Below, one piece after another: positions 50,682-60,849 of a DNA stretch of 64,000 bases. Position 1 is the first letter of the stretch; each line of letters opens with the position of its first letter. The notes beneath the pieces are model-generated. The model made no database searches and was not told the origin of the DNA. It saw only the letters and a list, made by a program, of their open reading frames with translations. A program made the position numbers and the translations under genes. Source of the stretch: Thermoproteota archaeon (GTDB lineage Archaea > Thermoproteota > Thermoprotei_A > Sulfolobales > Ignisphaeraceae); the NCBI GenBank assembly GCA_030550585.1, contig JAUQPB010000002.1, positions 288,001 to 352,000 on the forward strand, in the 5' to 3' direction.

Positions 50682-51701
50682 ATGGCAGCTACAATGTATC
50701 CAGAGCTTGCAAGACTTCTCCTCATTTTGAGAAATAAAATGGGTTTGGAGATAGATAAGAAAAGGGGTAGTATAACAGATGCAATTTCGTCTATAGAATG
50801 GATCCCCATAGGCGATGAGAAGAATGTGTGCAAAGCTGTTGCAGCATCTGACTCTAGCTTCATACTTGTTGAGTCTAGGATAGCAATGCTATATGTGTTG
50901 CAGGGGATATCACAGCTCTACACAATTGACAGTGGGAAGATAGCTACAAGAGATAGTGATAGATTCTATGACGCTGGCTTCATAGAGTCGACAGATAGGA
51001 GGGTAGCGACGAGAAGGTCTGCATTCAAAAAGGCTTTGACAGCACATGCATATCTGAATGAGGTTGAATCCATTGGAAGAATAGCATCTAGAGGTAGCAT
51101 AGATCTAGCTCTTCTCGACGGCTCTCTGCTCTCATTTCTCGTTGCAAGAAGGGACATTGCCAAGAGCATGACTATTGAAAGTGTTTATGGATCCAAGGAT
51201 CTGAACTATGTGTATAGCAGAAAGGTGCAGACCATTGAGGAGCTAGCGCAGAAGACAACACTGGTTTTCACAGCTAAATCGAGCAGCGTTAGCTTCTATA
51301 CACAATCTAACTACACAGATTTTCAACTATTTGAAATGGCTAGAATATACAGAATTCCACCATATTTTGAAGCCGGATACTCAAAGCCTTTAGATATAGA
51401 GTTGAGTGGAGATATAAAGAGGTTTCTAGGGCTCGAGGAATGCAGTTTAAAGGGCTTTATAGTGACTTATGCAAGGCTTCAGAGAAACTCCCAGGTGTTT
51501 CAGTTGAGTATTCCGTACATAGATAGGAAGCCCGATATAGACATGGTTGTAAAGTGTGTTAGAGCGTTCTCTCCAGCCGGCTATCCACTACCCCTTGATG
51601 TTGTTCACAGGTTGAGCAAATTGTCTAGGAGGAGCTTGAAAGAGTTTCTAATTAGAGTGGGATTTCCTGTAGCCTCTGGAAGAGAGTTTATAGAGCTCTA
51701 G
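50682..51701 (+). CDS. NurA-family nuclease
   Basis: AASDSS, E, LLDGSL, AKSS and GYPLPL..VH motifs. Confidence 0.78.
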   Translation: MAATMYPELARLLLILRNKMGLEIDKKRGSITDAISSIEWIPIGDEKNVCKAVAASDSSFILVESRIAMLYVLQGISQLYTIDSGKIATRDSDRFYDAGFIESTDRRVATRRSAFKKALTAHAYLNEVESIGRIASRGSIDLALLDGSLLSFLVARRDIAKSMTIESVYGSKDLNYVYSRKVQTIEELAQKTTLVFTAKSSSVSFYTQSNYTDFQLFEMARIYRIPPYFEAGYSKPLDIELSGDIKRFLGLEECSLKGFIVTYARLQRNSQVFQLSIPYIDRKPDIDMVVKCVRAFSPAGYPLPLDVVHRLSKLSRRSLKEFLIRVGFPVASGREFIEL

Positions 51702-52168
51702 TTCTCTCCGCATCTAACGCTCTTCAAAATCTCCTCCACATATCTCCTAAAATACTGGTATGGCATATACCCAAGCAGTGCATCAACAGCCCTTCTATCT
51801 ATTACCACAACGGTTGTCGGTGTTGAGTACACGCCAAACTCCATTGCAACCTCTGGAACATAGTCGGCGTTGGCTTCTATGAATGCTGCTGACCCCCTAA
51901 ACTCTTCAGCCACCTTGGCAAATATCGGTTTAAACATTCTGCAGTACGGGCAGTAAGTCGTTGTTACAAGAACAAAGGCAACTCTACAACTGTTTATAGC
52001 ATCCATGAACTCCTCTACGCTGTGTATAGATCTAAACCCATATGATGCTCTACAACACCTCGTTCTATCCTCAGTTCTAGGAGCTTTCGAAAGCTCTAGA
52101 GTCATTCTATCCAATATCTCATCGATATCCTCCTCAACTATATGACCGGCTCTATCTATTCCACGCAT
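51698..52168 (-). CDS. Thioredoxin-family protein
   Basis: CPYC and V.STPT motifs; minus-strand AACTTATTAAC box at 52201-52211 favours the ATG at 52168. Confidence 0.88.
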   Translation of the reverse strand: MRGIDRAGHIVEEDIDEILDRMTLELSKAPRTEDRTRCCRASYGFRSIHSVEEFMDAINSCRVAFVLVTTTYCPYCRMFKPIFAKVAEEFRGSAAFIEANADYVPEVAMEFGVYSTPTTVVVIDRRAVDALLGYMPYQYFRRYVEEILKSVRCGEN

Positions 52169-52333
52169 TATAGACACCAAGGGAATATTAGACACGTTGG
52201 GTTAATAAGTTCAGCCGCCGTGAAAAAACTGCAAAACAATATCGCTTAGGCTAGCCTCATTAAATGGTTAAAGCATTTAAGCTCAGAAAGAGATTCTCAC
52301 TAATGCTAGGAGTTTCAGAGGTTTTGTAGCTCA

Positions 52334-53107
52334 ATGTCCAAGACGCTTATAGATGTTCTAGACCTGCTAGACTCTTTTCCCCACTACTCCCAAGAGTTCA
52401 AAGCAAGGATTCAGTACATGGACCTAACCTTTCTTGTGGGTAGATATTACATAGCCATTCACAGTATTTTCTTTCCAGCTGTTGCAGATTTCGAGGATCT
52501 CCCTGTCCAAAGAGTTTTCCTCGAGCCTATAGCAACGATATATATACAAGAGAGCAAAACCGTTGTCTACTTCCGTCAAAATGATAGACTAGACATTTTT
52601 AGAGAACATGAGCTGGGCAAGGTACCTGTCATAAGCTTGTCAGAGGATGAGAAGCTTCTTGTTTTGGCTGCCTCCGCCATTGCAGACAAGATTATTGAGA
52701 GCCCTAGTGAGAAGAACATTTTGCGTGTTCTGCCAAGCAATTTGAGAACATATGTCGAGGCAGCTATAGATGCTATGAAGATGGATTTTCCCAGAGAGGG
52801 GGTGGGGGCTGGACAAAAAACAGGTTTGGAGGCTCTTGGAAGAAAGATTCTAGAGTATGTTCTGTGGCTAGGCAAGGCAAATTATGATGTTGTTAAGGAG
52901 ATTGACTATGTTTTCGGCGTTACCATGAGGACTCTGAGGATAAGGTACCAAAGCTTCGATGTTGAGATAAAGGCGTTTTCCAGAACTGGTGTTGTTGAAT
53001 CTCTTAATGTTATTGAAAAGATTCTTCCGATAAACATCGCTTCCAGTATTATTAAAAACATTGAGAAGTCTTTCAAAGTTCTGTATGTTGCTTCGAATCT
53101 TCTATAA
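52334..53107 (+). CDS. Hypothetical protein
   Basis: 257-aa ORF with typical composition; no motif recognised. Confidence 0.65.
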   Translation: MSKTLIDVLDLLDSFPHYSQEFKARIQYMDLTFLVGRYYIAIHSIFFPAVADFEDLPVQRVFLEPIATIYIQESKTVVYFRQNDRLDIFREHELGKVPVISLSEDEKLLVLAASAIADKIIESPSEKNILRVLPSNLRTYVEAAIDAMKMDFPREGVGAGQKTGLEALGRKILEYVLWLGKANYDVVKEIDYVFGVTMRTLRIRYQSFDVEIKAFSRTGVVESLNVIEKILPINIASSIIKNIEKSFKVLYVASNLL

Positions 53108-53128
53108 CATTCAATTCAAAACAATAAA

Positions 53129-53152
53129 TTTAGACACATCTAAACTTATTAA
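53129..53152 (+). promoter_or_regulatory. feoB promoter: palindromic operator abutting the TATA box
   Basis: TTTAGACACATCTAAA followed by CTTATTAA. Confidence 0.65.
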
Positions 53153-53187
53153 CGCCACTATTAGTCGAATTAATTGGTGCATAGAGT

Positions 53188-55293
53188 TTGTCGGAGCTTC
53201 GCAAAGGGCAATGCGACAGTGTTATAGCTGTTGTAGGTCAGCCTAATGTCGGTAAATCAACTCTATTCAATGTCTTGACAGGTAGAAGAGAGAGGGTAGG
53301 CAATTTCCCAGGTACAACAGTTGCTATGAGCATTGGTAGAAGGAGGTATGGAGACAAAACCATGTGTTTTGTTGATCTCCCCGGGATCTATGATTTAAAA
53401 GCTGTTTCTCTTGATGAGAAGATAGCTAGGGACTATATAGTTTTTGGGGATTGGGATGCTATTCTAATACTAGTTGATTTGACTGGAGGTTTAGAGGGAC
53501 TGTACCTAGCTCTGCAAGTTCTTCAGCTAACGGATAGAGCTGTTGTGGCTTTGACCAAGTGGGACGAGGTTACCAAGCGTAGAATAAGAGTTGATTTAGA
53601 CGGGCTGAGTAGGATCCTAGGAGTTCCTGTGGTACCTATATCAGCTCTTAGGGGGGAGGGCATAGAGGATTTGCTGAAAGCCTTAGAGTCGGTTGTCGAG
53701 ACATCCAGTAGAAAAGCTGCTAAGGGTATACACATTGACTATGGCTCTCTAGAAAACACATTGAATAGCATTGTGAAAGAGGTTACAAACAGCTTTAAGA
53801 GTGATAGGATCGACCCTAGAGGGCTTGTAGCATTGATTGCTAGAGGGAACATCGATATTGCTGAGAAGATTGGCCTGTCTCATATAGCCAGAGTGCTGGA
53901 GGACACAGCCAAATCTATGAACATTGATGTTGGTGAACACATTGCAGAAAGCATATACAGATTCATTAGAGGCACCTTCACAAGCCTCATAGCCATAGAG
54001 CCTTTGGAGAGATTCGAGAAGAAGGGGTTTGCATACAAGGTTTTTGGGAATCCCTATACAGGCTTTGTAGCAACAGTTGCGACACTGTTTTCAGCTATTT
54101 TCATAGCATTTGCGGTTAACACAGGCTTTCCATTCACAACCATTTTAGAGGCTCTTGGAAGAAGCGACTTGGCAGAGGCGCTAGAGTCCTACACAATCTC
54201 TGGACTAATATCGCAGGCTTTCGACTATCTCAAGAACTGGGTACAAAGCTCTTTGGGATCTGCACACCCTGTTCTAGCTAGTCTACTCGCCAACGGTATT
54301 ATAGAGGGTGTTGGTGTTGTGTCTTCATTCATCCCACTGATAATGATAACCATGATGATTATGTCTGCCATTGAGGACTCTGGTCTAGGGCCGCTAATGG
54401 CAATATCCATGCATAGCCTATTCGCAAAATTCGGTTTGAGCGGCAGGGCCATATACCCCCTCTTCATATCTCTTGGATGCAATGTGCCGGGGGTCATGGC
54501 CTCTAGAGCAGCTTTAGACGATGCTGAGAGGTTCGAGATAATAGCTGCTGCCTCTTTCATTCCATGCCAGGCAAGACTAATCGTCATGCTTGCACTAGTA
54601 GGCTTTCTATTCCCAGGCAACCCAGCTCTCCAAGCACTTGTGGTTATAGGTGTTTACTTTGGTGGTGCAGTACTATACCTATTAACAGCGAAGATTTTTA
54701 GAAGAGGTGTGTTGAGGGTTTCAACACCTCCAGAACTTATACTGGAGCTTCCTAGTCTGCACAAGCCGAGTCTAAAGGTTGTTTGGTGGGATAGCTGGTC
54801 ACTAACAAAACACTTCATTGTCAGAGCCGGAACGGTGCTTGTCCTTCTAGTAGCAGTTGTATGGGCTTTAACAAGCTTTGGGCCAGAGGGATTCGTTGAA
54901 GACCCCTCTCAAAGCTGGGCCTCCAACATTGGGAGGCTAATAGGATATGCAATAAAGCCTCTGTATGGATTGAGCGAGGACTCTAGCTGGAAAATTGGAT
55001 TTGCACTGCTAACAGGCTTTATAGCTAAGGAGAATCTGTTGGCAACAATAGCTGTTATGACTGGTGCTGAGGAGTATCAATCTGCCCTCCAAGCGCTTGG
55101 GCTAACAGTTGCCCAAGGGATTGCAATACTAGTTCTATTCATGTACTATGTCCCATGCCTAGCCACAGTAAGTATGATATATGCTGAGAGCAAGAGCATT
55201 AGATTCACACTACTTGTGGTGGCTTATATAGTAGCTGTAGCACTTCTAGCATCTCTCTTGGTCTATGGAACAGCCATTCTTCTGCAGCATTGA
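53188..55293 (+). CDS. feoB: Ferrous iron transporter FeoB
   Basis: GQPNVGKS, GNFPGTTV, DLPGIY, LGCNVP, IPCQAR and YVPCLAT motifs. Confidence 0.96.
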   Translation: MSELRKGQCDSVIAVVGQPNVGKSTLFNVLTGRRERVGNFPGTTVAMSIGRRRYGDKTMCFVDLPGIYDLKAVSLDEKIARDYIVFGDWDAILILVDLTGGLEGLYLALQVLQLTDRAVVALTKWDEVTKRRIRVDLDGLSRILGVPVVPISALRGEGIEDLLKALESVVETSSRKAAKGIHIDYGSLENTLNSIVKEVTNSFKSDRIDPRGLVALIARGNIDIAEKIGLSHIARVLEDTAKSMNIDVGEHIAESIYRFIRGTFTSLIAIEPLERFEKKGFAYKVFGNPYTGFVATVATLFSAIFIAFAVNTGFPFTTILEALGRSDLAEALESYTISGLISQAFDYLKNWVQSSLGSAHPVLASLLANGIIEGVGVVSSFIPLIMITMMIMSAIEDSGLGPLMAISMHSLFAKFGLSGRAIYPLFISLGCNVPGVMASRAALDDAERFEIIAAASFIPCQARLIVMLALVGFLFPGNPALQALVVIGVYFGGAVLYLLTAKIFRRGVLRVSTPPELILELPSLHKPSLKVVWWDSWSLTKHFIVRAGTVLVLLVAVVWALTSFGPEGFVEDPSQSWASNIGRLIGYAIKPLYGLSEDSSWKIGFALLTGFIAKENLLATIAVMTGAEEYQSALQALGLTVAQGIAILVLFMYYVPCLATVSMIYAESKSIRFTLLVVAYIVAVALLASLLVYGTAILLQH

Positions 55294-55308
55294 ATTGCTT
55301 CTAAAGAT

Positions 55309-55331
55309 TTTAGACTAGTCAAACTTATTAA
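55309..55331 (+). promoter_or_regulatory. feoA promoter: the same operator plus TATA box
   Basis: TTTAGACTAGTCAAA followed by CTTATTAA. Confidence 0.62.
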
Positions 55332-55351
55332 CCCTAGCAAAAAATTTTAGA

Positions 55352-55618
55352 GTGGATCAGTTATCGCAGAGGCGATTAAAGGTGTATCTAGCGGATCTGC
55401 CACCAAATGCAGTAGCTACGGTAGTAGACATTGTTGCGGGTCCAGGGCTGAAGGCAAGGCTGATAGGAATGGGGTTTGTCAATGGGGCGAAGATAAAGGT
55501 TATAGACAATAGCTCTGGCCATGTCATAGTAGCTCTTGACAGTGGTTTTGGTAGGGTGGTCGCTCTTTCGAGGGGGGTTGCAAACAAGATTATTGTTGAG
55601 GTTTCTCAACAGAGTTGA
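55352..55618 (+). CDS. feoA: FeoA
   Basis: RLIGMGF..G..IKV and VALSRG.A.KI motifs; adjacent to feoB. Confidence 0.9.
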   Translation: MDQLSQRRLKVYLADLPPNAVATVVDIVAGPGLKARLIGMGFVNGAKIKVIDNSSGHVIVALDSGFGRVVALSRGVANKIIVEVSQQS

Positions 55619-55700
55619 AAATCAGGGCAATGCCGCTGATCAAATATTTATACCCCTATAAATAAGCTTGGTATAAGCTATAGCTTGGTGAAAAATAATT

Positions 55701-57116
55701 ATGCCTCTATTCACAAAGATAATAGCGTCTATAGGCCCTGCAAGCAGTGATGCAGCAACTATCTTCAGCATGGTTAAGGCTGGGGTTTCTGGGTTCCGAA
55801 TAAACTTTTCTCATGGCTCTCCCGAAGACTGGGCAAAATATGTTGATGCCATTAGATCTGCTGAAAGCAGGCTTGGAAGACCCGTTGCATTGATAGGAGA
55901 TCTGCAGGGTCCTTCGATTAGAATTGGTAGGGTTGAGCAGCCAATAGTTTTAAAGAAAGGTGAAACGGCTCGTATTATGCCTGGCTCAGAGGCTAAGGGT
56001 GGCGATGAAAAGGTTATTCCCATGCCTATAAACAAGTTTTTTGATGTTATTGAAGAGGGAGATATTCTTGTAATGGATGATGGGAGGACAAGGCTCAGAG
56101 TCTCAGATATTCAAACAGACTACATCGAGATAACCGCTTTGACAGACTCAGTTATAACATCTAGAAAAGCGGTTACCATATACAACAAGGAGATTGATCT
56201 ACCTCCTCTCAGCGAGACTGATATGAACAATGTGAAGTTTGCTATAGCCCATGATTTCGACTACATCGGGCTTAGCTATGTTAGGAGTGGGAGTGACATA
56301 GACATTCTAAGGGACTATCTTAGAAGGGTTGGGAGAGAGGATATTGGGATAATAGCTAAGATAGAGACTAAGAGTGCTATAAAGAATTTGGATGAGATTA
56401 TTGAGAAGAGCGATGCTGTTCTAGTTGCAAGAGGCGATCTGGGAATGAACTTCGGGCTAGAGGAGATACACTCTCTCCAGAGCACAATCGTTGACAAGGC
56501 TCTACAACACAGAAAACCTGTTATCGTGGCAACACAGCTTCTAGAGTCAATGGTTGAAAAGCCTGTTCCAACAAGAGCAGAGGTCGTCGATGTTAGCACA
56601 GCTGTTGAGATGGGTGTAGACGCTTTGATGCTGACTGGAGAGACAGCAGTTGGCAAATACCCTCTAGAAGCTGTTTCATGGCTGATAAAAATCGTTAACT
56701 TCGTGGAGAAAAGCACTCTCAAAAGCGAGTTCGAGGACATAGCCAAGAAGGCTAGGAAAAACATAAGCGAGCTCAAGCTAATGTTTGCAAAAGGCGTTAT
56801 AGAGCTCGCAGAGGACATGAATGCTAAGCTAGTTGTCTTCAGCATATACGGAAACACAGCAAAGAGAATATCATCGCTAAGACCAACAATACCAGTTTAT
56901 GTGGGCTCCTCAAACACATCGATAATGAGAAAACTAGCCATACTATGGGGGGTACAGCCAATACAGGTAGACGCAAACAACTATGAAGAGGGTCTGCAAA
57001 AAGCTGTGCAAAAAGCCATAGAGCTTGGGTATATAGGCTACGGAGACCTAGTCATAGCAACATATGGATTGAAAGAGCCTAGACAGAGAATAGAGATCCA
57101 GAGAATAGTTAGCTGA
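55701..57116 (+). CDS. pyk: Pyruvate kinase
   Basis: TKIIASIGPAS, RINFSHG, DLQGP, AKIE, VARGDLG, ATQLLESM and PTRAEV.D motifs. Confidence 0.97.
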   Translation: MPLFTKIIASIGPASSDAATIFSMVKAGVSGFRINFSHGSPEDWAKYVDAIRSAESRLGRPVALIGDLQGPSIRIGRVEQPIVLKKGETARIMPGSEAKGGDEKVIPMPINKFFDVIEEGDILVMDDGRTRLRVSDIQTDYIEITALTDSVITSRKAVTIYNKEIDLPPLSETDMNNVKFAIAHDFDYIGLSYVRSGSDIDILRDYLRRVGREDIGIIAKIETKSAIKNLDEIIEKSDAVLVARGDLGMNFGLEEIHSLQSTIVDKALQHRKPVIVATQLLESMVEKPVPTRAEVVDVSTAVEMGVDALMLTGETAVGKYPLEAVSWLIKIVNFVEKSTLKSEFEDIAKKARKNISELKLMFAKGVIELAEDMNAKLVVFSIYGNTAKRISSLRPTIPVYVGSSNTSIMRKLAILWGVQPIQVDANNYEEGLQKAVQKAIELGYIGYGDLVIATYGLKEPRQRIEIQRIVS

Positions 57117-57235
57117 TGCACAGTCTCTTCTAAAGCCATTATCAACCAACCCCAAACCCTTTTGACATCAACAAAATCGTTCATATATACATTAATATTT
57201 CTAAACAAATTAATGAATTAAATAACTGAGTGCAT

Positions 57236-57284
57236 CTGATGAGTGAAATCTGGTCTGAAATGTGATGTGCCTAGACCAAGCTGA
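57236..57284 (+). ncRNA. C/D-box methylation guide sRNA
   Basis: CTGATGA, 12 nt, CTGA, AAT, GTGATGT, 12 nt, CTGA; AT-rich sequence upstream. Confidence 0.87.
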
Positions 57285-57412
57285 TTAGACTTGTGATAGA
57301 TGTCTTGACAGCTTCAAGCTATGGAGAAGAGACTTTAATATAAAATCTATGTGTTATCTGGCATAGGCTTATTAGTTTTGTAATGTAGAGTAGAATAGTT
57401 GTCATTTGGCTG

Positions 57413-57982
57413 ATGTGCTTGCACAAACTGCTTGACTTCATTAAGCATCTCGAGGATTTATCTGATAGAATGTTTATTCCTAGAATCGATAGAGAAGATG
57501 GATTGGTTATATACACAATAGTGTCCACAATCGCTAGCCAGTACGAGAGGTTTGTAGCTGTTGATGCTGGTGCTGGCGTGGGCTACTCAACCCTATGGAT
57601 AGTCGCTCCCCTCGAAGAAACATGTGTTAGGGGTACTGTGTTTGCTGTTGAATGGAATAGGGATAGATTCGAGGTTCTGAAAAAGAATCTTAGTGAGCTA
57701 GATGCTAGATGTGTAGATGTTGAGGTAGTGAATCAAAATGCTGTAGACTTCATCGAAATCCTTAGAGATAGTAGCATAAACTTTGTGTTTGTTGACATAG
57801 ACAAGGATATGTACAGAACATTTCTTGTAAAAGCCTTGAACAAAGTTGTTAATGGAGGCGTTATAGCATTTCACAACGCGTATATAGTGAACAATTTCTA
57901 TAAAGATGTTATTGGAGCTAGAAAATATATGGTCTCCGTAATTCCTACATCAGCAGGGATACTCCTCATAAAACTTTTTTAA
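57413..57982 (+). CDS. O-methyltransferase (class I SAM-dependent, Methyltransf_3-like)
   Basis: DAGAGVGYSTLW, FVDIDK and GGVIAFHN motifs. Confidence 0.85.
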   Translation: MCLHKLLDFIKHLEDLSDRMFIPRIDREDGLVIYTIVSTIASQYERFVAVDAGAGVGYSTLWIVAPLEETCVRGTVFAVEWNRDRFEVLKKNLSELDARCVDVEVVNQNAVDFIEILRDSSINFVFVDIDKDMYRTFLVKALNKVVNGGVIAFHNAYIVNNFYKDVIGARKYMVSVIPTSAGILLIKLF

Positions 57983-58166
57983 GTCCATGAAGCTCCCATC
58001 CCCAGCTAAACAAATCCAGCCAAATCCAACAGCTACGAACTGGCAAAAAGCTGGCTTGTTTTCTGCAGAATCAACATGGTTTTGCAATAATTACAGTTGT
58101 ATATGTTGCAAGAAATGAACATAGTTGTTGGAATTTGCATCATTAGATACAAAAATTGGTGAATCG

Positions 58167-58685
58167 TTAGCGCTGGTCTGCTTCAACACTTTTCCGCTTC
58201 TTCAAAGCAACTATCTCTATCAGTCCATTCCTGTAGTAATACTTAATTGATTTAGCCTCTATATCTGCCGGCAAATCAATTTCTTTTCTAAATATCTTGG
58301 AATCCTCTACAACCTCTAAGAGAATGCGCCTATCATCAACAGGTTTAACAGATATGTTCTGCTCACCAATCCCCGGAAACTCAACTACAACCCTCACAGC
58401 ATCGCCCTCGTCGTAGACGTCTATTAGGCGTTCACCGGTATTCGGCTCCTCATCAACTATAGCAACCCTTGGCCCCTCTTGTTCAAACTGTTCATCGCCA
58501 AATCTATATATCCTTGGTATCCCATCTGGTCCGATCTCTATTTTGAACCCGTAGAACCTTCTACTGTTTGGGTTTTCTTCAAGATCCTCAAACAGGTCGT
58601 TGAAATCCTTTAGAAACTCGTTGAATAGTCTGTTAAATATTTCTCTAGCCATTCTATAAAACTCATCCCAATCATCTTCCCCCAT
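58167..58685 (-). CDS. Small heat-shock protein (archaeal Hsp20)
   Basis: YGFKIEIGPDG.P, VVVEFPG and YRNGLIEI motifs; GTGAGG RBS before the ATG at 58685. Confidence 0.9.
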   Translation of the reverse strand: MGEDDWDEFYRMAREIFNRLFNEFLKDFNDLFEDLEENPNSRRFYGFKIEIGPDGIPRIYRFGDEQFEQEGPRVAIVDEEPNTGERLIDVYDEGDAVRVVVEFPGIGEQNISVKPVDDRRILLEVVEDSKIFRKEIDLPADIEAKSIKYYYRNGLIEIVALKKRKSVEADQR

Positions 58686-58838
58686 AAAACAGCGCCTCAC
58701 AGCCAAAAACTTACGCTAAACAAAATATAAATTTAGCTTGTGTGAATTAGTGTGATAAACAGAGTTGTAGACATGGTTGCACTAGTTATATCAGCGTTTA
58801 TACAAAATATGGGGTAGTGTTCTTCTCTATATTTTCAG

Positions 58839-59720
58839 TTATCTTTCTAATGTTTTTGTTTTGTTGGCTAGTTCTATGAAGTATTTTGCTATTTGTGGAT
58901 AGTCTTTTTCTCTATACTCTGTTGTGCTAGCCATCATGTATAGTGTTGACATTGCTTCTGCTATTATCGACGGTATCTTCTTTTCTTTTAGTGCTGATGC
59001 TATGCACATGTAGTCTTTTCCTGCCATCCAGGTCTTGAATCTTGGCGGCTTTTCCTCGAATATCCTGCTCCAGTACCTCTCGATGATTGAGCCGAACCAG
59101 AGGCTCTTTACCGCCTCTCTAAAAATGTCTATGTCTACATCCCATGCTGTTATGAGTGCTAGAGACTCTGCTAGTATGCCCGGTATAGCCAGTCCTATGT
59201 GGTTGAGCGCCAATTTGAGTGCCATAGCCTTTGGAACATCGCCAACATATAAAACTTTTTGGCTGTACAGCTCGAATATCTTTTTGTTTTCTTCGAATAG
59301 GCTTTTGTCTCCCCCAACCATTGATAGGAGCCTACATTCTCTAGCCTCGTCACTGCTTCCATAAACAGGAGACTCTAGATAGTTTACACCAACATTTCTA
59401 AGGATTTTCATCGTTGCTATACTGGTTGATGGTGTCACCGTACTAGAGTTTATCACCAACCCTCTTTCAAGCTTGCCTTCAGAGGCTATAGCAGTGGCAA
59501 CATCTAGTACAGCACTGTCATCGGTGACAAAAACTATTACAGCATCGCTATCTGCAACAAGCTTCCTAGCATTGTCATAGGCTTTCCCACCTATTTCAGA
59601 AGCTACTTTAGACGCTTTCTCATAGCTTCTACTATAAACATTTACATCTATACCCTTGGAGGAGAGGCATCTGGCTAGGTTAGACCCCATTATACCTGTT
59701 CCTACAACCCCTATTCTCAT
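58839..59720 (-). CDS. Beta-hydroxyacid dehydrogenase (3-hydroxyisobutyrate dehydrogenase family)
   Basis: GTGIMG, SSTV.P, ESPVYGS, MVGG and LKLALN motifs. Confidence 0.9.
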   Translation of the reverse strand: MRIGVVGTGIMGSNLARCLSSKGIDVNVYSRSYEKASKVASEIGGKAYDNARKLVADSDAVIVFVTDDSAVLDVATAIASEGKLERGLVINSSTVTPSTSIATMKILRNVGVNYLESPVYGSSDEARECRLLSMVGGDKSLFEENKKIFELYSQKVLYVGDVPKAMALKLALNHIGLAIPGILAESLALITAWDVDIDIFREAVKSLWFGSIIERYWSRIFEEKPPRFKTWMAGKDYMCIASALKEKKIPSIIAEAMSTLYMMASTTEYREKDYPQIAKYFIELANKTKTLER

Positions 59721-59794
59721 TGTCTATGCCACCAAATAAGGTTTTTTATATAGCAATATATAAGACTTTTAGTGTTGCCCCATGTAGAACAGCT

Positions 59795-60712
59795 CTACAG
59801 CTTTTCCAGGATTTCCCCAAGCCTCTTCTTAGCCTCTTCCACACTCCCATAGCTCTTGAGCCTCTCGATAAGCTCTCTAAACATCTTCCCAACACCCCTG
59901 TCCTGGAAGAGCATCGCTAGGCCCTCCTCAATAACGCTCTCATCTAGGTACACCATCTTGGCTGATACACCACCATCTATAACTATATTCACACCAGTTA
60001 TCCACGAAGCTTCATCAGATGCTAGAAAAGCTACTAGAGCGGCTATATCCTCGGGTCTCCCAACCCTTCCAGCTGGATGCCACATGTGGTCTAATGGCGA
60101 TAGCCTAGACCCTTTTGGCGGTATCTGCCAAGCTGATGTGTCTATCCAGCCAGGCGAGACGGAAACAACTCTTATCCCATATTTTGCAAGTGATATTGCT
60201 AGCGCGTGGGTGAGGGCAATCAGCCCGCCTTTGGAGGCTGAGTAGGGCTCTGTATTCGGCTCCGACTGGAAGGCTCTTGTAGAAGCGATGTTTATTATAA
60301 CACCACCGCTCAGCTTCATATATCTAACAGCGTGTTTTGAGCATAGCCAGGGGCCAGTAAGATTAACGTCTATGATCCTTCTCCACTCATCTAGAGTTTG
60401 CTCCTCCAAGCTCTTGCCAGAAAACCCTATTCCAGCATTGTTGACAAGAACGTTTATGGCTTTGAACCTCTTGTAGACTGTGTCAATAGCCTCTCTAACA
60501 TGATCTTCGTTGGACACATCAGCATATATAAAAATCGATTCTATGCTCATGGAACTGAGCATCTTAACTCTTTGTTCGCCGGCCTCCCTATCAACATCCA
60601 GTATAGCTACTTTGCACCCCTCTAAACCTAGTCTATGAGCTATTGCTGCTCCTATCCCCCTGGCACCGCCAGTCACAACACATACCTTCCCAACAAATCT
60701 GTTCATGCCCAT
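59795..60712 (-). CDS. SDR oxidoreductase with a C-terminal extension
   Basis: TGGARGIG, NNAG, YSASK and PGWIDT motifs. Confidence 0.93.
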   Translation of the reverse strand: MGMNRFVGKVCVVTGGARGIGAAIAHRLGLEGCKVAILDVDREAGEQRVKMLSSMSIESIFIYADVSNEDHVREAIDTVYKRFKAINVLVNNAGIGFSGKSLEEQTLDEWRRIIDVNLTGPWLCSKHAVRYMKLSGGVIINIASTRAFQSEPNTEPYSASKGGLIALTHALAISLAKYGIRVVSVSPGWIDTSAWQIPPKGSRLSPLDHMWHPAGRVGRPEDIAALVAFLASDEASWITGVNIVIDGGVSAKMVYLDESVIEEGLAMLFQDRGVGKMFRELIERLKSYGSVEEAKKRLGEILEKL

Positions 60713-60849
60713 ATATAATCAGCCAAAAAGACCTTTGCATATATGAGGTATAAAAATGCATGCAGATGGGTGCTAGGCTGAGAAGATACCACCATATAAA
60801 GGCACTAGAAACTCCTCATTGTAGTTCCAAAACCGGTTTGTGTTTGGAG

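Noticed and set aside
58002-58034. Short CAAATCCA repeats
   Set aside because: Only two 8-mers with no further structure; compatible with chance
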